Shown here one piece after another: positions 39,201-51,663 of a DNA stretch of 64,000 nt; position 1 is the first letter of the stretch; the number at the start of each line of letters is the position of its first letter. Below the pieces are notes generated by a model, which was not told where the DNA came from, did not search any database, and saw only the letters and a program-made list of their open reading frames with translations. The translations under genes and the position numbers were made by a program. Origin of the DNA: Selaginella moellendorffii (taxonomy: Eukaryota; Plantae; Lycopodiophyta); assembly GCF_000143415.4 (NCBI RefSeq), contig NW_003314406.1:1-64000 (forward strand), written 5' to 3'.

Positions 39201-40553
39201 ATCAGTTAAAGCCTCCATCTTGTGCTCTGCATCTTTGACAAACTCAAAAGCTTAGTGTAGCTTTAACTGTAAAGCCTGAATAACTTTTTGCTTCTCCACA
39301 GCAAAATGGCTTGGTGGACAATCTGGCAAGGAAGTCTCTAAAATCCGTTCCATTTTCATTGCTGCAGCATCAGTGTCACATCATCTTCAGAGTTCCTTGT
39401 CCACCCTCAGTTCATTATAGTAGTTGCATCTGCCATCTCAACTTCCACTTTTGCACACTGACATCCATTTTTTTTTATCTATAGCCAGCTATGTATTTTT
39501 TGAGAAACCTGTTCAACTCCCATGCGTCTTCAAGTTCTTCCGTAATCTTCAGTACCTCCTGTTCAGTCTTTGATTTTTCTGTCTCATCAAAGCCCACAGT
39601 CTTCTCTTAGTAACAGATTTCTTCTTTTCCTTCTCAATTCAAGCTGTAGTGACTGCATCTTGGCTGTACTGTCATCACTTTTGTATTTTGCTGTTTCATG
39701 AAAGCTTGTTGATTAACACTAATTACAGGCTTTCCATCTGCTCACATAACTCGTTTGCTTCTTGCATTAAACAATATTAGCACCTCCATGTCCTGGCCAA
39801 CAATCTTCAGGTGGGTTGACATATTCTTGTCATTGTATACACACCTGATCTGCATTCTCGACTGCAGCTCTAAGTGTGCACTGGATTCTACACCATAGGC
39901 ATTTCTCTACTTATAATGCCAAAAGAGTTCAATTGAAGATTATCAGGAGAGTTTATTTTGACATTGCAGACACAGGTACTGGATGGTTTTTCAAAAACTC
40001 TTAGAAGCTTAGGGTATGAATCTTAGGATATACTCTTAGGGTATGTGTATGATTTACGGTCTTTGCAACGTCGTTTGAATGTGTTTGCATAAGAACAGGT
40101 CATGAGTACTGGGAAGATGAAGGCATTGAAGAAAAAAAGCCAGCATGCAGGCAAATGATGAACATATTTCACCCATATGATCCTCTCACCTGTAGGTATC
40201 AATATACTTCTGTGTGACCAGTGTTTACATTTATCCTTTTGTCCTGATTACAGAGTGGACCTCTGATATCTATTATTTTTGGAGAAAGTCAATGAATATC
40301 TTGGGATACAGGTAATCATAGTTCTTTGTAAGTTTTGTTGTCAAAGCTAGAGGAAATTCTTCGGTTGGGGTATGGTTTTGTCACAGTTTTTTATGGTAGT
40401 ATGGTGACAGAAAGGCTATCTAGAAGTCCTAATGGTAGAGTCGACTTAATGCTACAGGTAAGTCTTGCTCTTTGCTATCACGTCATTCTCATGTGGATCC
40501 AGGATACAAAATTTGAGCACCACTACATATCGGTATCTGATAACGACAGCAGT

Positions 40554-40589
<36 letters not shown>

Positions 40590-41289
40590 GGAATCACAGC
40601 AGCAGCAGCATCACCAGCAAGAAGATCTTAAGGCCATCCACCAGGAGTTTGGGATCAGTCACATGTACGTAGCGGCCAGGTGAGAAGGTCAGTGCGAGGG
40701 ACAGGGACGAAGATATCACAAGGGACAGGGACGAAGATCTTGCAGGGTTGGCCTTCACCCACGAGCAGCAGAGATTGATGAGGTCACTGGTTTGCTCTAT
40801 CACTTCTGCTCAACCCAGTGGCAAGGTGAGCTTCATTGTGGTGGCGGTGATCTAGAGCAGGTTAATGACCATGCGTTTCTCTACAGGGGCACGGTGATGT
40901 ACAAATCCAATTAGTCTGAAGACAAGAAGCATCGTCACACCCATGGACGTGTATCAATTCTTGTGACACACTAGGTAGGATCCAATCCAACTTCACCAAC
41001 TCGCAGAGAAAAAGAGAACTAAGAAAGACAAACAAAGAATAGTGGCCATGGCCATATCTGGACAAATTAAGTGAATTGGTGCCAGATTCAATTGTATTTG
41101 TGTTGTAATACTACATTATTTATAACGTGTCTCCTGCTCTTGACTGTCTAGAAGTCCCAATGGTAGAGCCAATTTCATGCTACAAGGATCATTGATGAAA
41201 CAAATCTCGCCATGTAAGATTGCACTGCCTGAGCAAAGCCAGGCTTGTACGAGAAGAGCAGCCCACGGAAAAGCTTCCCATCGATGGAC

Positions 41290-42632
41290 GCTTCTAATGT
41301 GTATCCGTAGTTGAATACGTCGCTTACTCTAGCCTCGAACATCTTCTTGCCTAGCGGCTGAACATGAGCTTGAAACTATGTAGCATGAGTTTGACAGGGA
41401 AAAATTGGAGAGGTCCAAGTTTTTCTGCAGATACCTCCGTGAGATGAAACCAAGCTCTTGTCCGCATCCCGTTGCTTGTCTAGCACGAATGGCGTGGCAC
41501 GATACTCTTGCCGCCTTCTCTTAAGTTCCTTATGCATGGCGCATGGATAGCTTTGGCTCTGATGGATCTTTCTCCCTCAGCATCTCTTCACAGAAAAACG
41601 GCAACCATATTGTCAAGAATGTCAGCAATGTCAATTAAAGAAGAACCCAACCTGTGTCGAGGAAATACATGTCATCCAGAGCTTCAAGCTCTTCGTTACA
41701 TCCCCCATAGAAGAATCATATGCCTCGCTCTGCGTCCACGGAATCTCCTGCAAGGGAGAAACATGGAGAAGGCCAGGGACCAGAGGGATTCGAAGTCGCC
41801 CAAACACCAGTCACTACAAAATACGTAAAAGCCCCATGAGAGACTCACGTACTTAAGTCGAGAGTATGGACGTCATTGAATAGCTTGTGATCATAGGAGA
41901 ATCCTCCAAACACGACGAGATACTTTCCATGGCTGATTGTTGTGTGCCCGGCTCTTAGCATCAGCTCCACACCAGTCGTCTTTACCTCCTGCCATGCCAT
42001 TGTTTCTGGAAACGCAAATGAATTCGCAAGTTTAAAACCAGCACAATGTATGTACCTGTGTCCAGAATATAAACGTCATTTAGATAGGCATTACCACTGT
42101 CCTCGCCACCCATGACAATGAAACAGTTCTTATAGAAAGAGCAGGTGTGGCCATCCCGAGGAATAAGCGAGACTCCAGTGGTAGAAATCTTCTTCCAGAC
42201 AAAAGTATCTACAGGAAAAAAAAAGGTTTAGAAGAAAACAAGAAAAGATAACAGGATATTACTCGTGTTCAAAACATGGAGGTCGTTGTAGTACTCCTAC
42301 TCTGAGGGATCGCTGGATTTCCCACATCCCCCAAACACAAACAGGTTGTCACCGATGAGAGACGCGCTATGTCCTTCTCTCGGAGCAGGAACATCATCAA
42401 AAACGTCAGGTTTCCCCCAGGTGGTGGTAGCTGCATCGGATGATAAGAACAAGAAAAAAAAATCGATAGAACTCGGAGCTTACCAGTATCCAAAACAAAG
42501 AGATCGTTCAGCGGGCTGGTTCCATCGGTACCACCAAACACATAGAGCTTAGACCCGACGGCCGTTGAGCTGTGGCTGTCTCGAGGAGAAGGGTGCGTTC
42601 CTTTCATCACAGGCTTGCTCCAGGTGTACGTC
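41290..42632 (-). pseudogene. Captured kelch-repeat protein fragment (copy 2, less deleted)
   Basis: MKGTHPSPRDSHSSTAVGSKLYVFGGTDGTSPLNDLFVLDT and FYGGCNEELEALDDMYFLDT. Contains stops. Confidence 0.85.
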
Positions 42633-43620
42633 CCTGCGCGATCCCACCAGAAGAGTGAAGAACCTTGATTCTAGTTGTTATTGACAACGTGAATCCCCTC
42701 GTTGTCCGAGACGTTGTCCCTGTCGTGAGCTCCATCCACCATAGCCTCTTCGCCTTTCACTCCCAATCCTCATCGCATTTCCAAGCAGAGCACGTCTATC
42801 TGTCGAATGCACCTGCACAGGCGGATGCTGGCGATTTTTTTCCCAGCATAAATCTGGAAGGCGTCAAGCCTGTTATCGCTGATCATCGAGCACAACTATG
42901 GTGACACAGAGAAAGCCGTGAGCCTCTCAAACCTTTGCAAATGGAGAAACAAACACAACCTCGTTGTAATAGGCTGGGACTTTCAGCCGCTTAGGATCGT
43001 TATCCAGTGCCGTTCCCAGGACTCCTTCCGGAGCTGTCCAAAAATGAATGCGTTAGAGTTTTTTCTAGTGTCTAAATCGAAGGAACTCACTCAAAGGTGT
43101 TGGATAAGGAACAAATGTAGGTTGCGGCTTTTGGTAGGAGGTTTTTTGGTCCCTCACCAGACTCGACGCCACCGTTGCTGCAATTGGCCGGAATATCTTG
43201 GTCATCCTGGAACATCTCAAGTTAGAATCGCAGGGACGACAATAGGGGGGTCGAGACTCTTTTACCAGATGATACTCTCTGTTGAGTACTTTTTCCATAA
43301 CTGTAACTCTTTTCTTCACAAACTCGGTAATTCTACGAACTCTACAAACAGAGACAAATCCCTTCCTAGGGTTAGAAATAGGATAAATGAAATGTACCAT
43401 CTACATATCAATCTGCAAAGCATTCCCTCCCAGTCGATGGAGCGGTTGCAAATCTAGAATTGAAACAGTACCTCCCATATTGCCATCTTGGCCGTCTATA
43501 TCAATCGTCACAGATTTGGACAGTCAGATGAATAGTATCTGCCATAAGTAAATTTGAATATTCTTAAAATGGAATATGTGATGCCGATGCCAAAATAGCA
43601 ACTTTAAATAAAGAGTTTGA

Positions 43621-43647
43621 CTAGCAAAAGTCCCAGCTACGCTGGGA
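43621..43647 (-). terminator. Helitron 3' end (unit H7; 5' end beyond the window or unresolved)
   Basis: ctagcaaaag followed by TCCCAGC-tac-GCTGGGA, abutting the type-A 5' TC at 43620. Confidence 0.85.
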
Positions 43648-45494
43648 GCATCGTGTTTATTCTTGATGTTTTAGTATTTCAAAAATTTGAAATCATAATT
43701 ATAATTTTAATATAATCATAATTATAACATACATAGTTAACATAACATAATATAATATTTATATTCAAAATCCCTTCTACAAATATAACATAATAATAAT
43801 ATAATAAATTTAACTTATAACATAATATAACATTTAAAACTCTGAGTGCTACATGATCTTCTATAAATGGAATTTTTCACTGTGGGATTCGATGGCCAGA
43901 TGAGTCAATTAAATATTGAGGCTTGGTAATTATTTTTTATTTGAAATCTCCATATAATTGATCTACAATTTTTCCTCTTAATAAAAAATGTGTTCCTTAA
44001 GTACACTAAAATATAATGATTTCAAAAATAAAGATTTAAAACTCACTTAAACAATATACATCTTATAAAATTAAAACAATATAATAATTTTTATGGAGTT
44101 GTATTTTTCATCTCTTTGGACTGAAAGTTTTGGAATTGCATGATACTAAGTGATAGAAATTACCTTTATGTGTTATATGTTTTTAGAAAAATTTCAAAAT
44201 TTTACATATTTATCTTTGATATTCCCTTATTCCTAATACTTATATTCTTACATTTTGAGAGTAATATTTAATATTAGAAGTATTCTACTTTATATCATTA
44301 GCATTATTTCTGTATGTGTTTTTTAATAGAGAGAATGCTAATGTAAAATAAGTTATTATCTCTCTATTTTCATGGATTTATATTTAAAATTAAGGCTTTA
44401 TTACAATATTTTAAATGCTGATATTTTATAATGACATATGAATGGCAAGGATTTACTCTATAGTGAGGTAATGATGATATATAAACTTTTTCTTTAGTCT
44501 AAAAATATAATATACCAGAAAATTCATAAATGGTATATAGATAGATTTAATATAATTAAAATTTGTCTTGGAAAGAGATGAATATAATTGCATTGCATGG
44601 GCGACACTGCTTTGTACACTTCAAACAATTCTACAAGCCCAACATGTATGGATTGTTGAGGCAATAACATGTGGACATTGGCTCAATATGGTGAACACTT
44701 CTCAAGCAGATAACTACAAGCTAATGCTCTGCTCAACAAGCTGCTAGAAGAACATCTGAGCAATCTCAAGAAATTGCAAAGTTGTGTCAGTGATTCAAGA
44801 TAATAGCACTGAACCAAAGTGATAGATGTTTACAATCTTGATGTGCCATTGATGAATACCAATGAATACCAATGCAATGTCCTTCAAGGTTAATATAATT
44901 ATAGAATATGTATTAAAATATCATGGTACAGAAAAGGCTCAAGTTCTTCTTACAATCAGATGTGCTTTGCCATACCTTCACTTTCAAAACTTTCAACATA
45001 CAACCTATCACGTCTCATGCTTGAATATCTTATATATATGTTTCTTAACTTTTCAAATATAAAGAACCAATAGAAATGAAAAGCCGAATAAGGAACTTTT
45101 CCAAATTACTAAACAACTGAAATGTATATGACACTCCCAGCTTCACTTCTGAGACTGAGATTTCTCTTTTTTCATATTATTAACAAAAGTATATACAAAT
45201 TTATATGACTATTAATACAATCATCAATGATTAAACATATTGAGATTTCAATTGGCTCAGATGTAGTCTAAGATTTATGTAATATCATAAATTTTCTAAC
45301 ATTTTTTCTTACATTGTAATTATACATGACAAAAATAATAAGGTATAAATATCATTGAGACAATATTAGTACAAGAACCATCTAAAGAAATGTGATTCAC
45401 CATCAATTGAACTCTTGCACTAATAAAACAAATGTTGATCTGAAGAAGCAACCACTATCTTTCATCATTATTTTATTGTCATTGATTACAAGGT

Positions 45495-45985
45495 AGGATA
45501 AAATCAGCAATGGTAGAGGATCCTATTGATCATCCACTGGATTGCGTATCTTGGCTATTGGATGCATCCCCATATAAGCACCACCCACTACATAGAGTTG
45601 GCCATCCATAACCACACATGCACACAACTTTCAAGGACACAACATTGATGCCAAAGAACTCCATCGATTCATGTGTAGATCAATATAGAACTTTCTGTCA
45701 AGAGCTTGACACACAAATTCTCCTATGTACTATAATCATCCACACTTTCTTGGCACTTCTAGGATTGAATGATCAAGACCTCTTTCCCATGTTTGAGAAA
45801 CACTGTTACCACCAGTACACCTTCAATCAATCCTTATACAGAACAATTGTCATAATACTTGGGCACTGGAGACAAGATTCCTCCACACTCTGTTCATTTT
45901 ATGCATTTGCCCGTGGGTTGATAATGGCACTCACAAGAGGCACCGGTACCCAGCATCATCATCTAATACAGGAATTAGTGTTGTT
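45495..45985 (-). pseudogene. Captured F-box/kelch-repeat protein fragment
   Basis: Minus strand gives LDDDAGYRCLL*VPLSTHGQMHKMNRVWRNLVSSA (F-box-like) and VVMDGQLYVVGG (kelch). Heavily decayed. Confidence 0.6.
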
Positions 45986-46591
45986 GTTGCCATGGTTGAG
46001 GGACCTATTTGCCCTGAATTCAAGAGGCAGACTGTTCATCTCATCACCATCGCTGCCCATTACACACTTTATTATGGATCATTCCATGTACTATTAACCT
46101 CAAAGAAAAGTTACCTACCTGATCATTGCCCTAGCTTTCTTGACTTTGATTTGCTCCTGGCTATGACATACCTTCCTCTTGCTATAGCAATTCTCTAACA
46201 TTGCCTACCTCTATTCAATGTATCTCTCACATTCTCCTTGATGCCCATACCCAAGAATCAATAGTGCGAGTTCAACACCTAAAATAGGTTTTCTTTGTCA
46301 TGTTACTGAAAAAAAAAGGGCCATAACCTGTATAAAGTTTTTTTTTATTTCCTACAACATTCACAGCTCCAATGGTTTTATATTGGACATTTAATTCTTA
46401 TACAAGGAAAATATGTGGTTGAGGGAGATTAAATTTTATATTAGTTTTATTTTATTTTATTTTATTTTATTAGTGAGCTGTATTGGATTGAGTCTTTATA
46501 AAGTTTACAACATGTTTGAGATAACTATTTATCATGACACTTATATGAGCTTGGTTTACAAAGGTTATAGCCAATGAAATATAGAGGATTA

Positions 46592-46615
46592 AAGCTCTAT
46601 TTCGTTAAAGTGGGA
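46592..46615 (+). repeat. Left terminal inverted repeat
   Basis: aagctctatttcgttaaagtggga, preceded by atta. Confidence 0.93.
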
Positions 46616-47251
46616 TTTATTCAGTAAAATGGGACTAGGTACAAATTTTCAAGTATTTGAAAATGACGTGAAATTATATGTTTTTTGTCCAGGGGCTAGA
46701 CATATCTGGGGCATGGTGACTAGCGCGGTGACTTTATGTCCAGACTGAGTCCATCTGGTTGTATAATAAATCTCATTGTCAAGGTGAACAAGCCGAATTT
46801 GAAGCTAAAGAAGAGCGATGGCATGCGCGCACACACTATTTGTTTGTTCATTGAGCATGTGGTGAGCTTTCCAAGATGAACGTCATTCCTATTAGCCAGA
46901 CATATAACTTAATGGTGAGAACATTTAGATATTATTCAATGTTATCTTTTTCTAACGAATCTAATTGTGAAGGTGTAGCAAGAGGCATTGCTAGTCTGGA
47001 GAAGTCATTTAACTCATTTGACCCTTAGTGTATTTTCATGAAACTAAATAACATTCATATTATTAAGGAATTTCTCTAGTACCTTTTTTTTACGACATAG
47101 AGGCTTGCATTTCTTTCAAAGGTGATTTAGTAAAAGGCCTGAGGGCACATGCCATTCTATTTCTCAGACCGGTATTAAGATATACTAGTGCAAAGGGAAA
47201 AAGGTATTTAGTGATCAAGTAAATGGCATGAGGGCACACGCCATTATAAGC

Positions 47252-47509
47252 CTAAGCGCTAGTGGACACCTCCTTTTTGGTACTCTCAGCGGTACTATCA
47301 TCCTTCTCCGGGTCAGTTGTTTTGCTTTGGATTGTTGTCTCTAACGTTACTGGGGCGTTCTCGATAGTTGTTAATGTTGCCGTTTGTTCAGAAAAATGAT
47401 CACCTGGAGTATAGTACGGGGAGTTTGGAAGACTTATATATTCTACATCTTCACCTATCTCCTTCTCCGTCTCCTTTTCTGCCTCACTTACAGATTTTGT
47501 GCTTGCCAT
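47252..47509 (-). CDS. Possible small acidic/Thr-rich ORF or terminal exon inside the transposon
   Basis: 85 open codons, MASTKSVSEAEKETEKEIGEDVEY..., with protein-like composition but no recognisable family. Confidence 0.3.
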   Translation of the reverse strand: MASTKSVSEAEKETEKEIGEDVEYISLPNSPYYTPGDHFSEQTATLTTIENAPVTLETTIQSKTTDPEKDDSTAESTKKEVSTSA

Positions 47510-48235
47510 GAGAACGCTCTTCACCCTAAAATATGGAGTTTGTTGTGTTATAAAAGGAAACCAACACACACACTGCAAGGGAATGATGGTACATAAAGCA
47601 CATAAGCCCACAATATGGGTTTATGTGCCATTAATATGGGCCACACGCCATATTATTAGATTTATGCACGTGTGATTGGTAAATGCATATATCACATCAT
47701 CTTTGTTTTACCTCACACACTATATCAGGCCTAATGAACCATATCACATGTGTGCACATGCTATATATATGGAGAAGTATTATGCAAGGATAGAAATTCA
47801 ATGCATGATTGTGGAGAGCAATGGCATGAAGCCACATGCTAAATAACATTTTAGAGAAAGAATTAAAATAAAAACATGCAAACAGTACTAAGTGGACCAA
47901 GACTTAGAAGTGCACAATTGAATGAGGTATTTCTAATAAATACTTCACTCACCTCATATAGGAATGGCTACCACTCTCAAATGGCGTATCGCCTCATGCC
48001 ATCACCTCGCAATTTGTTATAACAATCCGATGAATTCATATTCGGCTTGTTCACCTTGAACTTTAAGTAAGATTTGCTAGAACAACTAAGAATTTATACT
48101 TGTTATTTGTATCATCTCACCTAGGAATGGCGTAAGGCCACATGCCATCATGCCTCCTCTGATTCAGATTCGGATTGTTCACCTTGAAATAAAATACATT
48201 AGAAACTTAGTAAAGGAATATTCATGAATCTCACC

Positions 48236-51200
48236 TTGAACCCGGGTTATGAATGCTCTTGCTGCATCTCTTGCATGGTCTGGCAAGGTGATGGTGGCAC
48301 TCTGCTTCCGCATCCAACCATGCACAACATTATCCACCGATATGCTCATGCTGGGATCCCTTGGATTCAGCACCTATCTCTTTTCTAGGCAATCCTTCGT
48401 ATATCCGGAACTTGGCTTGAACCACTCCACAGTTACATTGAAGGAGTTAGTTTCCGCGTCCTCCTCTGCATCAGTGATGCAGCGCCCCACCCATATCATT
48501 TGTTTTTTATTACTGGGTCTGACAAGCACGACCATTCCTTTGCAGACCTGTACTGGATTGAATGCTGAATCCGGCTTCTTGTTCCTCGGCCCACAATAGT
48601 GATCCTCAACATTGTTATCTGTCACTGCATTTCCAGAGGACATTGTTCCGCTACTATCTGGTGCTCTGGGTTCTGGCCAAAAGGACTCTTCCAATTCTTC
48701 ATATACAACCGGCCCATTTTGGATAGCAGATATAATCTTCTCCCAGTATTCGAGCAAAGGCTTGCACCTCTGAAAATAGGATTCTCCACCAAACACCAAC
48801 CCCCTCTTCCAGAAGGCAATATGCTGTCTAATCCCGGCCACTATACTTTCCTGGTCTTTGAGTCCATCCGGGTGCATCGGCCGTGGGGAACCCTGAGGAA
48901 TCATAGGTTCCCCAGTTATGGGATCTCTCTTGAAGAGTTCAATGCCGTCCACTGGCAGCCACACTGTGTCCCATTCTCTCATCTTGTACCTCATCACTGG
49001 AGCACCGTCACACATGCTGAAATGAAACTGAAAAGGTTTGGAGTGGCCAATCAGCGTTTCGGATCCGTCCCTGATGTAGCCTCTTACAAACCCCTTAAAG
49101 TCTGGAACCTCTGTCAGAAGTGCAGCTTCAATAGTGCCTTTGATGCAATTTTGGAATTCATCGTAGAGTTGTGGGAGGGTGAGGACATTGGATCGCCAGA
49201 GGGACTCTGCCAGGTGACTGAACATGGCATCGACGTCTTCATGAGTGTGCCCAACCATGAGAAAGCCAAGTGTAACCGTTTCAAATATGCCTTTGGCAAC
49301 AAGCATCGCCAAGTACGCGAAGACGTACATGTTTTTGTTCTCACTGCCAGCATTGTCTGTTTGGAGCAGAAGATGGGGTGGAAGGCCACATCGGCCGCAA
49401 GAACTTCCTTGAGATTCTACTTCGTTTGGATGAGGCTGTGCATTCACCGGGCGACCAGCCTCGTCGGAATGGCATGAGGCCTCACGTGATAACCCTACAA
49501 TCTGATGGCCAACATATTCACTGGGATGGCATGGGGCCCCACGCGATACTGCAAGCCTTTGCTCCTCCTCCAGCTGAACCCTGTATGGGGTTCGATTGAC
49601 AAGGGCCTTATGCAAGGGTTGGCCGTTCAGCTCAGTCTGCGCACTTTGCAGAGACCTTAAGTGTTTTGCTAGGGACGCAATCATCATGTTTGCACCCCCG
49701 CCACCCCATAGAGGTACAAAGAAGTTCCCATAGTTCTGGGCACTATGCCCATGAGCGATTATGCCAAACAGAGACACAGGCAGCTGCATGGATGAAGAGA
49801 TTGCCTTGGGGGCAGGATTGAGTCGAGGTAAGCACGTCTTTTTCTGGTCCATTTTGTCGTGGATGATGCAGAGGTAAGAGTCAGGTCTCTCCATGGAGAG
49901 AATCCTGTTATGATAATATGTAGTCCTGCAGCTTCTCTGCTCGATGTTGTGGTCGAGCCGCCTTCTAACCAACGTCTCTCGCTCTTGAGCGCTGCAAGAA
50001 TTCTTCGACAAAGCCATTTTGATAGCAGTGCACTCGTCACACTTTGAAAAGCTGGAGTACTTTCCTATACTCACATCCCTGAACCTGTTGCTCCACAATC
50101 TACTAAATCTAGATTGGCTCAGCTTCCTATAGCCATTACTCTGGAGTTCCCAATTCACATCTTCCAATATGGCCCCCTTGGTATACATGGAAGGGAGAAC
50201 TCGTTGGGTGTCTCGTGTTCCATCTTCCAAGAGGCGGGTTTTATGTGGTTGCTGCTCGCTACATGTCTCGACAAACCTCTTGAAGATTGCCTCTCCATAT
50301 ACAACATGACCCCTGGTTTTGTGCGTACCGTCGTTCCCATGGACTGCCTGTTGAATCCTTTGTTCCTCGAACTCAGTTTTGATTCTGTAGAATGTGGTTC
50401 AAGGGACTCCATAAATGATTCTCCATGCCTTCATGCAGACCAAACCCCTCTGGAAGACCATGCCCCCCACCTGATGTTCTGAAGCATCAACAGATGACTG
50501 TAATGCCTCATACACAAAATTGCGAGCTGCCTTCCAGGACAATGTCTTGTATCTTGCTCTCTCCTCTTCAATAGCATCCCAATCAGCATGTTGACAGCAC
50601 CTCCTCTTGCAACAAGCAACTGTCGAGACCATTCGAACCTCCATCGCCATTTTCTGCCTTTTCGGTTCGTTGCTCAGATCCCTTTGGCTGCGCTTTAGGA
50701 AGGTGTACTTTCTTTTCCCATGAAGAGATGTTCTGTCATCAGTTGTAGTGGTGTTTGATTGTGAATCCTTCACATTCTCAAACACTAAGTGCCTCAATTT
50801 CCACCGCACAATGCTTCCAATAGTCAGAGTGTTTTCTTCTGTGTTAACAACCTCTAAAATCGCAACTCCAATATCATCCCAGCCCAATTCTTGATTAGCA
50901 ACTGCATCTCTTGGATCGACAACTGTGGCTAAGCCCTCAGCTACCACCTCCCCCTCAGGGTTGTTTAGAAACACCTTCACCTGAATCCATGTAGCACGGT
51001 TCTTAAGATCCACGGAGGGAACATGCGTCGCACTTGCATTGTCCTCAACATCTGCTTTCTTCTGAAGATTTTTCAAGGCAACAACAACATTTACCCCGAC
51101 GACCATCTCTCCTCGTTCAATAGCGACCACATTCCCATCGAAGACAGTCTTTACTGATACAATAGCATTGCCTTCCCCAAGCCTTTGACAGTGTATAACA

Positions 51201-51289
51201 AAGTTCCGATCCATAGACACAAGGGTCCCTTTTGCAACTCTCTTCCCACCATTCAAAATGTAAACCTTTTCCCCAACCCTAAAGGCCAT
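48236..51289 (-). pseudogene. Sola-like DDD transposase (~1000 codons) with two in-frame stops
   Basis: ORFs 50399-51289, 48374-50230 and 48179-48373 share one frame and are separated by TGA (50399-50401) and TAG (48374-48376). Motifs: CCKRRCC, FSKCDECT, IIHDKMDQKKTCLP, LLQTDNAGSENKN and FLMVGHTHEDVDAMFS. A splice acceptor tttcag lies just before the ATG. Confidence 0.85.
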
Positions 51290-51593
51290 TCTGAAAGTGC
51301 AGAAAAGAAGTTAAGACCATACAAAAAATGATTGGAGAATGGCCTAAATCATAACATACCAAACAACCTCAATAGCATGAGGCCACATGCCATTATTCAA
51401 ACATGCTATTGACACCTACGTGAAATTTCGCATTCACAAAATTGGCATGAGCCCTCATGCCATTAGTGGTACCACTAATGGCATGAGGCCTCATGCCATT
51501 TCTAAATGTGGTCCTAAACCATTCCATGGTGAACATACCAGGAAGCACAAGTGCCGAATATCAAGAGGAAGCGGTAGCCACACCAAAGACAGT

Positions 51594-51663
51594 GCCGCTC
51601 GCAACACCGCAACTACTCGTAGCGCCGCTCGCAACACCGCAACTGCTCGTAGCGCTGCTCGCA
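51594..51663. repeat. CG-rich 30-bp tandem repeat upstream of the transposase
   Basis: gccgctcgcaacaccgcaact(a/g)ctcgtagc x2 plus a partial third unit. Confidence 0.85.

Larger units (their letters stand above)
20385..43620 (-). mobile_element. Helitron unit H6 (type-A 5' end at 43620, 3' end at 20385), split by the nested insertion 20554-35684
   Basis: CTAG at 20385-20388 with an imperfect hairpin at ~20396-20410. Flanks 20553|35685 rejoin to aattagataataa|tgcatgtgttggagaagataag, matching the uninterrupted family sequence at ~14483-14518 and ~29352-29388. Confidence 0.7.

Noticed and set aside
12050-43620. 2.3-kb direct repeats as LTRs of a retrotransposon
   Set aside because: No TG..CA ends, PBS, TSD or gag-pol. 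The repeats end exactly at Helitron 5' termini.
1-46591. Autonomous Helitron (RepHel)
   Set aside because: No HUH Rep or PIF1 helicase motifs in any ORF in the window.
48599-49477. 292-aa plus-strand ORF
   Set aside because: An antisense shadow of the transposase coding region with no independent motif.
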